DNA from: Candidatus Falkowbacteria bacterium
GTDB taxonomy: Bacteria; Patescibacteriota; Patescibacteriia; Patescibacteriales; UBA12465
Reading direction: 5' to 3'
NCBI GenBank assembly: GCA_026396875.1
Contig: JAPLVY010000004.1
Span: 83,163-147,162 of the forward strand
Length of the DNA stretch: 64,000 bases
Part shown: positions 32,498-40,957 of the stretch, one piece after another
Position numbering within the stretch: position 1 is the first letter of the stretch
Layout of the letters: the number at the start of each line of letters is the position of its first letter
Made by a program: the position numbers and the translations under genes
The notes under the pieces: model-generated
The model's input: the letters and a program-made list of their open reading frames with translations, nothing else
Database searches by the model: none
What the model was told of the DNA's origin: nothing

Positions 32498-33787
32498 TTA
32501 TTTATTGCTAATATCGTGAAGACCGCGACGCACATCCCAGTCGTCCAAATCTAAATCGCAGTGCATGGCAACTTCCGGTAGATTATCTTGTAGAGCGTGA
32601 AACATTTTGTGAGCCACACGGCGCAAGCTAGGATGTACAGTTTTTCCAGAACGTAATTCGGTAATATAAACGGCAGAGGGCAGAGGGCAAGTAAATTTAC
32701 AAAACACGTTGAATCCCATGGCAATATAGTATTGTTTGATTTCCGGACCAGTGCCCAGTTGATCAACGGCTGTTTTTTGCTCCTGAATAAGTTTTTCCGC
32801 TTCCGATCGTAAATCTTCTGGCAACTGCTCTAAATACCAAGCCTGGAAGCCAAGCTCGGTGGTCAAAAGAGGCATGCGGTTATTGGCGCTGCGATGGCGT
32901 TGAATATCTCGATAGGAACCGAAGTCCAAGAGGAATTCAAAGGTACAATTTCCTAAATCGCCGATGAAATATGGCAAATTGGTTTTTATTGGTCTATTTT
33001 CCAAGAGTTCTGAGTATTTTTTTAGCTCTTCGCGCTTGATATCGGAATAAAACTTGAATTCTTGAGGATTTTCTGGGGCAAAATAGCTATATTTTTCTGC
33101 CATTTCGGCGCGATAAGCTTCCTGCTCAGGATAGTTTGGATGGGAAAAACTATTTTCGTATTTAACTTTTAACTTTTCGAGAATTTCTTCAGCGATTTCT
33201 CTGGCTTCTTTTAGGGGGTGATGGCGCATCAAAGCCAGTTTGTCCCAGGCTTGGCGCAAATTGGTGTGCCAACTTAGTTGAGTAGTAATACCAGTGGGAA
33301 GAAAACCACGCATAATATCAAAACAGCGGGCATTGATGGCTTTGAGGTAGACTTTCTCGTCCTCACCTTCTTTGAGAGGATATTTTTCGATTAAAAATGG
33401 CTTTAGTCTTTCTTGACCGCCAATGTAGAAGTCCATCCAGCGCTTCAAAATAGCGCCAGATCTTTCGTTAGCTAGTGGATCGACGATTGCCTGCTTAGCC
33501 ATGTCGATATAGCGAGTGCTAGTTTCTTGCCCACTATAGAGAGGCCAGTCTTGAATGATTTTGTCAGCCAGAATACTTATTCCTTCAATAAAAATGGTGG
33601 TGCTACCACAATCAGCGATTGAGGAATGTCCGTAGCCAACGTAAAAAGTGGACATGAATTTTCCCGAACCACTTTGACGGACTTTCTCCACGTGTTCTTC
33701 GACGCTTTGTGGACTGCGAGAATATAGGGCCTGCATCATCGCGGAATCTTCTGGTCCGAATTCATCATAGACAAAAATCTTTTTCAT
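32498..33787 (-). CDS. thyX: FAD-dependent thymidylate synthase (long two-domain form)
   Basis: YGHSSIAD, ETSTRY, TNLRQ and RDIQRHR motifs; flanked by dCMP deaminase and tmk. Confidence 0.88.
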   Translation of the reverse strand: MKKIFVYDEFGPEDSAMMQALYSRSPQSVEEHVEKVRQSGSGKFMSTFYVGYGHSSIADCGSTTIFIEGISILADKIIQDWPLYSGQETSTRYIDMAKQAIVDPLANERSGAILKRWMDFYIGGQERLKPFLIEKYPLKEGEDEKVYLKAINARCFDIMRGFLPTGITTQLSWHTNLRQAWDKLALMRHHPLKEAREIAEEILEKLKVKYENSFSHPNYPEQEAYRAEMAEKYSYFAPENPQEFKFYSDIKREELKKYSELLENRPIKTNLPYFIGDLGNCTFEFLLDFGSYRDIQRHRSANNRMPLLTTELGFQAWYLEQLPEDLRSEAEKLIQEQKTAVDQLGTGPEIKQYYIAMGFNVFCKFTCPLPSAVYITELRSGKTVHPSLRRVAHKMFHALQDNLPEVAMHCDLDLDDWDVRRGLHDISNK

Positions 33788-33791
33788 ATGT

Positions 33792-34292
33792 TTAGCTTAT
33801 TTTCATGTCTTTATAAGTAGTCATTTCTTCAGATAGAAGAATCAATTCCAATCCGGCCTCCTTAAATATTTCTTTACTGCGGATACTAGCGTGATAATCT
33901 TGAGCGCACACCACCTTTTTTATGCCAGCATTAATAATCATTTTGGCGCAGGTATAACAGGGAGTCATCTTGCAATACAAGGTGCTTCCGTCAATAGAAA
34001 TTCCCATGCGAGCAGCTTCGCAGATGGCGTTTTGTTCGGCATGAGTGGTGCGAATGCAATGCCTGGTGACATCGCCGTTTTCGTGAGTCACAGTATGCAT
34101 TTCGTGGCCGACTTCATCACAGTGAGGTGAACCACAAGGTGACCCAACATAACCAGTGGCGACGATGCGGCGATCTTTAGCGATAATGCAACCGGCGCGA
34201 CCACGATCGCAGGAACCCCGCGAACCGACCATTTCGGCAATTGCGATAAAATACTCATCCCATGATGGGCGCTGATAATTGTTTTCAGACAT
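33792..34292 (-). CDS. dCMP deaminase (ComEB-like)
   Basis: RPSWDEYF, HAEQNA and PCYTC zinc motifs. Confidence 0.93.
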   Translation of the reverse strand: MSENNYQRPSWDEYFIAIAEMVGSRGSCDRGRAGCIIAKDRRIVATGYVGSPCGSPHCDEVGHEMHTVTHENGDVTRHCIRTTHAEQNAICEAARMGISIDGSTLYCKMTPCYTCAKMIINAGIKKVVCAQDYHASIRSKEIFKEAGLELILLSEEMTTYKDMKIS

Positions 34293-34472
34293 AAAATTAA
34301 ATCAACCCCTCCTTGGTTGATTTTTATCTGTTAATTAGAACGAAGTTTTTGTCCCTTCTATTATATTCCATTCTGGGGAATTGATAAATATTGACGAAAT
34401 CAGTTTTTATGGCTTTTCTGGTGTTTGCTTTTTCGCTAAAAAAAGGTTAAAATAAAGGGAAATTCAGAAATT

Positions 34473-34700
34473 ATGAAGGTTTATAAAATCAAGGTCATAA
34501 CCGGGGCAGCAAAGACGGAAATTTTTGGATATTTGGCTGATGGAACCATGAAGCTCAAAGTAGCTGCTATTCCGGAAGACGGTAAGGCTAATAAAGTTCT
34601 AACTAATTTCTTAGCCAAGGAATTTGGTGTCAAAAAAGATCAGATCGAAATAATCAGTGGTGCAAGCAGTAGAACAAAACTAGTCAGAGTCAACGATTAA
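34473..34700 (+). CDS. DUF167/YggU-family protein
   Basis: PEDGKAN...LAK.F...IISGASSRTK. Confidence 0.88.
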   Translation: MKVYKIKVITGAAKTEIFGYLADGTMKLKVAAIPEDGKANKVLTNFLAKEFGVKKDQIEIISGASSRTKLVRVND

Positions 34701-34704
34701 TCCT

Positions 34705-35544
34705 ATGAAACTATCAATAATCATCGTTTCCTATAATGTAAATCACAAACTGCGAGCTAATTTGCAGGCGATTTTTTCATCAGTTAATGCGCCAGAATTT
34801 GAAGTTTTTGTGATAGACAATAATTCTTCCGATGGTAGCGCAGTAATGGTTGGGAGTGAATTTCCGCAAGTTACACTCATCGCTAATACTGATAATCTTG
34901 GCTTTGCCAAAGCCAACAATCAAGCAATTAAGTTGGCGAAAGGAGAATTTATCCTGCTTCTTAATCCGGATATGCTGGTTACCCCGGAAACTCTTGCCGA
35001 AGCCGTTTCTGCCGCTCAAGAAAGGCCAGAGGCGGTGGTTTCTAGTATTAAGTTGGTAGACGAGAAAGGTGAGATTATTCCGCACATCAGACGTTTTCCT
35101 CAGTTATTTGACCAATTAATGGTGATTTTGAAGATTCCACATTTATTTCCCGGAGTTTTAAATAGTTATCTAGATAAAAAATTTGATTATCAAAAAGAGG
35201 CTGCCGTTGATTCGGTACGCGGCGCTTTTTTCTTAATCAACTGCAAGGCTTGGCAAAAAATTTCTGGCGAGAAGAAACCATTTTTGGATGAGCGCTATTT
35301 TATCTGGTTTGAAGAGGTTGATTTTTGCCGACAAGTGAGAGAGAAGGGCGGAGAAATTTGGTATTTTCCGAGCGCCTCTTGCTTGGATTATGTCGGCGCC
35401 AGCTTTTCGCAAGTCAATCGGAGCATTAAGCAGCAATATTTTCGAGATTCCATGTTAAAATATTTTGCCAAATGGCATAGTAATTTTGCGCTTACTATTC
35501 TCAGTGCTTCTTGGCGCTTGGTTAATTTGTTTATCAAAAAATAA
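34705..35544 (+). CDS. Glycosyltransferase family 2
   Basis: SIIIVSYN, DNNSSDGS, NLGFAKANN, LLNPD and EEVDFC motifs. Confidence 0.93.
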   Translation: MKLSIIIVSYNVNHKLRANLQAIFSSVNAPEFEVFVIDNNSSDGSAVMVGSEFPQVTLIANTDNLGFAKANNQAIKLAKGEFILLLNPDMLVTPETLAEAVSAAQERPEAVVSSIKLVDEKGEIIPHIRRFPQLFDQLMVILKIPHLFPGVLNSYLDKKFDYQKEAAVDSVRGAFFLINCKAWQKISGEKKPFLDERYFIWFEEVDFCRQVREKGGEIWYFPSASCLDYVGASFSQVNRSIKQQYFRDSMLKYFAKWHSNFALTILSASWRLVNLFIKK

Positions 35545-36618
35545 ATGAAGAAAGTTGGCATTGTCTTAATTAATTATCACGACTACGCGCAAAAATTTTT
35601 AATTCCTTGTCGCGATGCTTTGCGTTCTCAAGATTATCCCAAGGAGTTGGTAAATATTTATTTAATAGACAATGCTTCCTCCGAAGATAGCTGCAACTTT
35701 TTAAAAAACACCTATTCCGAGGCTATGGTTTTGCCTCGTATTGACGGTAATTACTGCGCTGCTTCCAATCTAGGCTTCAAACAAGCCGACAGAGACGGCT
35801 GTGAATATCTCGTTGCCTTGAACATGGATACGGAGGTCCAGCCCGGTTGGTTGGAAAAATTAGTTGAGGCGCTAGAAAAAAATCCTGACGCCGCAATTGC
35901 TCAGTCGTTGATTTATCTGGCACCAAAAACCGAGGCAGAAAAGTTAACTCCACGACTGAATACGGCCGGTAATGTGATCAACTTTCTATTTTTTGGTTTC
36001 ACCAGTTTTTACGGTCAGTCTTTCTTAAGAAGCGGCATTAGCAAGGATTCTTATCCAGAAATCAGCTATCCATCTGGTTGTTCATTTATTATTAGACGAG
36101 AAGTTTTTGAAGAGATCGGTGGCTATAATGAAGATTATTACATGTACCACGATGATTTGAGTCTGGGGCTAAAAGCTCATCTTTTGGGTTGGAAAATTAT
36201 TTTAGCACCACTGTCCACTGTATTTCACAAATATCAATTTGGCAGAAACAAAAGAAACTTCTATTATTTGGAACGCAATCGTCATCTAGTGTATCGCGCC
36301 TTTTATTCACGGCGTGCTCGCATGGTCTTGTTTCCAGCTTTTTGGTTAATGGATTTCGGTTTATTGCTTTTTTCAATTCCCGGCGGTTGGTTTGAAGTTA
36401 AATGGAAATTATATCGCGAATTAGCTTCCAAAAATTTTGCCAAACAAATTCAAAGAGAGCGGGACAATTTCTTAAAAGTTGCCAAAGTTAAACAAAAAAT
36501 TATCGCGAAAAATTTTTCGGGGCAGGTTCAATTTGCGGAGATTGATAATTTCGTCCTAAAATACCTAGTGAACCCAGCATTCAATGCGTATTGGAAAATC
36601 GTCAAAAAAATCATTTGA
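35545..36618 (+). CDS. Glycosyltransferase family 2
   Basis: DNASSE, ALNMD, GGYNEDYYMYHDD. Confidence 0.92.
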   Translation: MKKVGIVLINYHDYAQKFLIPCRDALRSQDYPKELVNIYLIDNASSEDSCNFLKNTYSEAMVLPRIDGNYCAASNLGFKQADRDGCEYLVALNMDTEVQPGWLEKLVEALEKNPDAAIAQSLIYLAPKTEAEKLTPRLNTAGNVINFLFFGFTSFYGQSFLRSGISKDSYPEISYPSGCSFIIRREVFEEIGGYNEDYYMYHDDLSLGLKAHLLGWKIILAPLSTVFHKYQFGRNKRNFYYLERNRHLVYRAFYSRRARMVLFPAFWLMDFGLLLFSIPGGWFEVKWKLYRELASKNFAKQIQRERDNFLKVAKVKQKIIAKNFSGQVQFAEIDNFVLKYLVNPAFNAYWKIVKKII

Positions 36619-36619
36619 T

Positions 36620-37402
36620 ATGGACTTATCTATTATTATTGTTAACTATCTTAGCAAGGACAAATTAGCCAATTGTTTGCGCTCAATTTCTGAAGCCGAT
36701 ACCAGCGGTATTTCTTTCGAGGCGATCATTGTGGAAAATAACTCTGGTGAAGACTTGAAAGAATTAATCCAAAAATATAATTTTGCAAAATTAATTGTCA
36801 GTGAAAAGAATTTGGGCATGGGGGGCGGAAATAATTTGGGGGTGAAAAATTCAAGCGGTGAGCTAATTTTGATTTCCAATCCTGATATCGTTTTTAAAAA
36901 AGATTCATTGAAAGTTTTATTGACCGCATTCAGGGGGCAGCAAAATATTTCTCTGGCCGGACCAAGATTATTAAGCCCGGATGGCTCGTTGCAATATTCG
37001 TGTGCCCTTTTTCCTCGTTGGTATATGCCGATTTTGCGTCGTACGGTTTTGGGAAGATTATTTCCCCGGACGCTTGCTGATTTTTCCATGAAGGATTTTG
37101 ATCATCAAAAAAACATTGCCGTTGACTGGCTTTTTGGCGCCTGCTTCTTGGTTCGTCGCAGTGATTTCTCTGGTCAGGATTTGTTTGATGAAAGGTTCTT
37201 TATGTATTTTGAGGACACTGATCTCTGCCGAAGGATTTGGAGAAAAGGCAAAGAGGTGTGGTATATTGCCGAAGCAGAGGTATTTCATGATCATAAACGT
37301 GACAGTGCTAATAAAAATATTTTTACTAATCGTCTAATGCGCATTCACCTGAAATCCTGGTGGCAGTATTTTTTAAAGTGGGGATTTGGTGTAAGGCGTT
37401 AA
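36620..37402 (+). CDS. Glycosyltransferase family 2
   Basis: SIIIVNY, SNPD, FDERFFMYFEDTDLC. Confidence 0.92.
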   Translation: MDLSIIIVNYLSKDKLANCLRSISEADTSGISFEAIIVENNSGEDLKELIQKYNFAKLIVSEKNLGMGGGNNLGVKNSSGELILISNPDIVFKKDSLKVLLTAFRGQQNISLAGPRLLSPDGSLQYSCALFPRWYMPILRRTVLGRLFPRTLADFSMKDFDHQKNIAVDWLFGACFLVRRSDFSGQDLFDERFFMYFEDTDLCRRIWRKGKEVWYIAEAEVFHDHKRDSANKNIFTNRLMRIHLKSWWQYFLKWGFGVRR

Positions 37403-37412
37403 ATTTATCAAT

Positions 37413-38297
37413 ATGAAAAAGATTAAAAAAGCGATTTTGCCGGTAGCTGGCTTTGGAACGAGGTTTTTGCCAGCGACCAAGGCTCAGCCGAAAGAAATGC
37501 TCCCGATTGTTGATAAGCCGGTTATTCAGTATCTGGTTGAAGAGGCGGTTAAGTCCGGAATTGAAGAAGTCGTTTTTGTCACCGGCCGCGGCAAAAGGGC
37601 AATTGAGGATCACTTTGATTATTCTTTTGAGCTGTCAAAGACTCTAGTAGAAAAAAATAAATTAGATTTAGTGAAGAAGGTGCAGGCGATTGAAAATCTC
37701 GCCAAGTTTTCTTATGTGCGCCAACCGATTCCCTTGGGAGACGGTCATGCTCTAAAGTGTGCTGCGCATTTAGTTGGTGACGACGAATCAGTACTCGTAA
37801 TGTTCGGTGATACTTTGTATGATTCAATTGTCCCGCCGTCAAAGCAAATAATTGATTTATATGAAAAATACGATGCGCCAGTAGTTGGTCTATCGGAAGT
37901 TGCCCCTGAAGATGTCAATAAATTTGGTGTCATTCGCGGTGAAGATTTGGGTGACGGTAATTTTTTAATCAAAGAGTTTGTGGAGAAGCCGGCAGTCGGC
38001 GAGGCACCATCAAACTTGGCAGCGGTCGGCCTTTACGTGATTACTCCAGAAATTTTTCGGATTCTCGGCACCATGGAGTCAGGAAAATCTGGTGAATTTC
38101 GCTTAGCGGACGCTTTTGATATTCTGCTTGCCAGTGGCAAGCCACTTTACGGAAAAAAGCTGGAAGGAGAGTGGTTGGACACCGGAAATAAATTTAATTT
38201 TATCAAAGCAACCTTGAAATTTGGCTTGAAGGATGAGGAGATTGGGAGTGATTTGAAAGATTTAATCATTAATCTAGCCAGTGATTTGAATAAATAA
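37413..38297 (+). CDS. galU: UTP-glucose-1-phosphate uridylyltransferase
   Basis: PVAGFGTRFLPATKAQPKEMLPIVDKP and VEKP motifs. Confidence 0.96.
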   Translation: MKKIKKAILPVAGFGTRFLPATKAQPKEMLPIVDKPVIQYLVEEAVKSGIEEVVFVTGRGKRAIEDHFDYSFELSKTLVEKNKLDLVKKVQAIENLAKFSYVRQPIPLGDGHALKCAAHLVGDDESVLVMFGDTLYDSIVPPSKQIIDLYEKYDAPVVGLSEVAPEDVNKFGVIRGEDLGDGNFLIKEFVEKPAVGEAPSNLAAVGLYVITPEIFRILGTMESGKSGEFRLADAFDILLASGKPLYGKKLEGEWLDTGNKFNFIKATLKFGLKDEEIGSDLKDLIINLASDLNK

Positions 38298-38342
38298 AAT
38301 AATAAATATTTTTTAACAACAGAATAACAAAAGGAGGGCAAG

Positions 38343-38741
38343 ATGATAAAAGAATTTGTCGATCTTTGTGCTAGGCCATTTGCCCCTGAATGGTGGAGCG
38401 TGGAAGAACATCAACAACAAGGTTTCTGGGAGTTTAATCTCGCAAAAATTTCTCTTTACGTTTCCGAAAAAATAAGCAGCTGGGACGACTTGCGCAAGGA
38501 ACTTCTAGGCAAGCCGGCATTTAACGCCAACTTACTCGACCACTTGTTGGTCTATAAGGAATTGATTCCCGAGACTTGGAAAAAGATTAAAGTATTTTTC
38601 TGGGGGACGGTCTACCGATTTTTTGGTTCCGATTTGCGAGTGCGCTTTCTTTGTTGGGATGGCGCTGATTGGCAATGGGATTTTGCCTGGCTAAAGGACG
38701 TATTCGATGGTAATTGCCAAATGGCCTTACTAAAACTATAA
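38343..38741 (+). CDS. Hypothetical protein, paralogue of the putative DGR target downstream
   Basis: Shares NAN.LD.LL...ELIPE.WK...FFWGT.YR...L.VR.L.W.G..W.W...L..F with 39043-39597; AAGGAG SD. Confidence 0.75.
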   Translation: MIKEFVDLCARPFAPEWWSVEEHQQQGFWEFNLAKISLYVSEKISSWDDLRKELLGKPAFNANLLDHLLVYKELIPETWKKIKVFFWGTVYRFFGSDLRVRFLCWDGADWQWDFAWLKDVFDGNCQMALLKL

Positions 38742-38830
38742 ATAATTAGGCTTTATTTGTTTTTAGCAATATAAAGCCTTTTATTTTTGGCTAATATTGA
38801 AATAAATAATTTCAAAATCAAATCATTTAT

Positions 38831-38859
38831 TTGACATTTAATATAAATTGTGCTATAAT
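38831..38859 (+). promoter_or_regulatory. Consensus sigma70 promoter with extended -10
   Basis: TTGACA-17bp-TATAAT preceded by TG. Confidence 0.85.
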
Positions 38860-39042
38860 TACCTTGTTAATTTGAAGAACTTTAAAATCAAAATAAAGTT
38901 TGCCACAGCAGAAAGTGACTAAAGATTTTTAGCAATTTTCTAATGTGGCAAAATCACGAAGATTAGCTCAACATTTTTATTATCAGCAACGTGTTTCTAA
39001 AAAATAAAAAGAAACGAAGTTGCTAAAAATGGAGGATTGACA

Positions 39043-39597
39043 ATGTCAACTTTTACAATTGGAGCAATGAACCAACTAGGGGATGCTCTGGAAAATGCCG
39101 GCTTCAGCGCCGAAGAAGTTACTAAACTGAAGCAGTTTAATAACTTAAAAGGAATCAGGGATATTTTAAATGGCCGTGCCGAGATCAAGTATCCTGAACA
39201 CTTAATTGACTGTGATTCCGCTCCCTTTGTGCCCGAAGGCTTTACCTTGGTTAGCCACAAGAAGGGCGGGATGTGGAAATGGAATCCAAGCGTTCCTTTC
39301 TATCTGTCCAAAAAACAGAAGAAAGGTGGATATTCCGTTGGTACTGATTTGCAGAAAGAATTAGAAGGTCAGCCGGTCCTAAACGCCAATGTTTTGGATT
39401 ATTTATTAGCTCACCCTGAGCTGATACCAGAATCCTGGAAAGGTAAAGCAATCTTTTTCTGGGGTACGATTTATCGCGACTCCAGTGGTAGCCTCTGCGT
39501 GCGTTACCTCCGCTGGAGTGGCAGTGAGTGGGGCTGGATCTACTACTACTTGGGCCTCGACTTCTACGGCAATGACCCCGCTGCCCTCGCAAGTTGA
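39043..39597 (+). CDS. Putative diversity-generating retroelement (DGR) target protein with a C-terminal variable region
   Basis: The last 39 codons are GC-rich and 32/39 end in C/T (only 1 ends in A); aromatic W.G..W.W.Y C-terminus; 15-bp hairpin downstream. Confidence 0.7.
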   Translation: MSTFTIGAMNQLGDALENAGFSAEEVTKLKQFNNLKGIRDILNGRAEIKYPEHLIDCDSAPFVPEGFTLVSHKKGGMWKWNPSVPFYLSKKQKKGGYSVGTDLQKELEGQPVLNANVLDYLLAHPELIPESWKGKAIFFWGTIYRDSSGSLCVRYLRWSGSEWGWIYYYLGLDFYGNDPAALAS

Positions 39598-39651
39598 TTC
39601 TTAGTTCTTTGATTTTAGCTATTTAGCTATTTGTTCTTTGAACTTTGTTCT

Positions 39652-39692
39652 CAAGCTCAGTTTACTTTTTAGTAAACTGAGCTTGTTTTTTT
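39652..39692 (+). terminator. 15-bp perfect hairpin plus T tract (terminator and/or DGR cis hairpin)
   Basis: CAAGCTCAGTTTACT-TTTT-AGTAAACTGAGCTTG-TTTTTTT. Confidence 0.8.
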
Positions 39693-39751
39693 ACCAAAAA
39701 ATGCGACTATTTGACTAGCCGCGTTTTTAAAAATATTTTTTTTGTTTTTGA

Positions 39752-40951
39752 TTATTGCACCTCGATCTTCTGCCAACCCTTGGTGCCGTTGTTTTCCGCT
39801 TTGAAGTACAGCGTTTTGGTTTTATCATCCAGTCTAGGCTGGTTAATTTTTTTGCCGTCTAGTAGTTTGGTTATTTTGCCGCTACCTTCGTAGAGGTCAA
39901 TAGAATTAATACTATTGTCGGTGGTGTAAATAAGATATTTCTTTTTTTTGCTCCAGGTTAAACCGGTAATTTTCTCACTGATTCTTGTGATTAATTGGCG
40001 ATTATTATTTTTTAGATCATAGCTAGTAATTTCAAAATCACCAGCGATCAGTAATTGTTCATTGTCCAACCAGGTCCAATAATTGGCATCGCCAACTACA
40101 CTACCGAAAGGGCTCAAGCTCTTGCTCTCAAAGATAAAAAGGCTGTGACTGTCTGGGTTATAAGCGGCGGCGAGGTTATTCTGATTGGAAGAAAGCTCAT
40201 AGTTCCAGGCACCAGGAAGATTTATTTTATTGATTACCGAATTGTTTTTTAAATCATAAGAACGCAATTCGATACGTGAAGCTTTCTTGGCAATGACCAA
40301 CAAGCGGCCATCTTTTGGTAGGTAGTCAAGATATTCTTCCTGGTTAGTTTTACCGTCCAAAATTGTCGAAATTTCTTCAGTTTTTTGGTTATAGGAACTA
40401 ATCTGCTGCTTGTCGCCGAAGAAGAAGTTAGAGTTATCTTCAGTTTTTAATTTTTGATATTTACCAATCTTTGCCTCAACAGCTTGCGAGACACCCTGGT
40501 CTTTGACTGCACCGTCAAGATTAATGGCGCAGGATTCAGCCAGAGAAGCTAACGCTTCCGTCGGTACGCAGCGCTTGAAGAGGATGATGTTTTCCGCGTA
40601 AGTGCTCTGTCCGCCGTAAATAGTAATTTTCTTTTCCCAAGGCCAATAGCCATCAAGCTTCACTTCCACCAAATATTCTTGGGGTAAAAGATTTTTAATT
40701 TTTGCCGGAGTGGTGGCATAATTTCCAAAAATACTACCACTAGATTTGGCCTGTCTGCCATCCAAATAAATATCCGCTCCCTTCGGGGTGCTCGCCAAAA
40801 TCATGGTGCCGGTTTTTTGCAAGAACCTTCCTTTTAGTGCTCGGCCAAAATCCAAACGGTAGCCGGCGGCGTATAAAGACAGCAAAAAAGTTGCCACGAA
40901 AAAAAGCAGGACAAAAAAGAAAAACATGGCATCGCGGAGTTTTTTATTCAT
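39752..40951 (-). CDS. PEGA-domain membrane-anchored protein
   Basis: TM helix, YAAGYR, STPKGADIYLDG...TPAKI..L.P..Y.V...LDGYWPWEK. Confidence 0.85.
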   Translation of the reverse strand: MNKKLRDAMFFFFVLLFFVATFLLSLYAAGYRLDFGRALKGRFLQKTGTMILASTPKGADIYLDGRQAKSSGSIFGNYATTPAKIKNLLPQEYLVEVKLDGYWPWEKKITIYGGQSTYAENIILFKRCVPTEALASLAESCAINLDGAVKDQGVSQAVEAKIGKYQKLKTEDNSNFFFGDKQQISSYNQKTEEISTILDGKTNQEEYLDYLPKDGRLLVIAKKASRIELRSYDLKNNSVINKINLPGAWNYELSSNQNNLAAAYNPDSHSLFIFESKSLSPFGSVVGDANYWTWLDNEQLLIAGDFEITSYDLKNNNRQLITRISEKITGLTWSKKKKYLIYTTDNSINSIDLYEGSGKITKLLDGKKINQPRLDDKTKTLYFKAENNGTKGWQKIEVQ

Positions 40952-40957
40952 ATTTTT

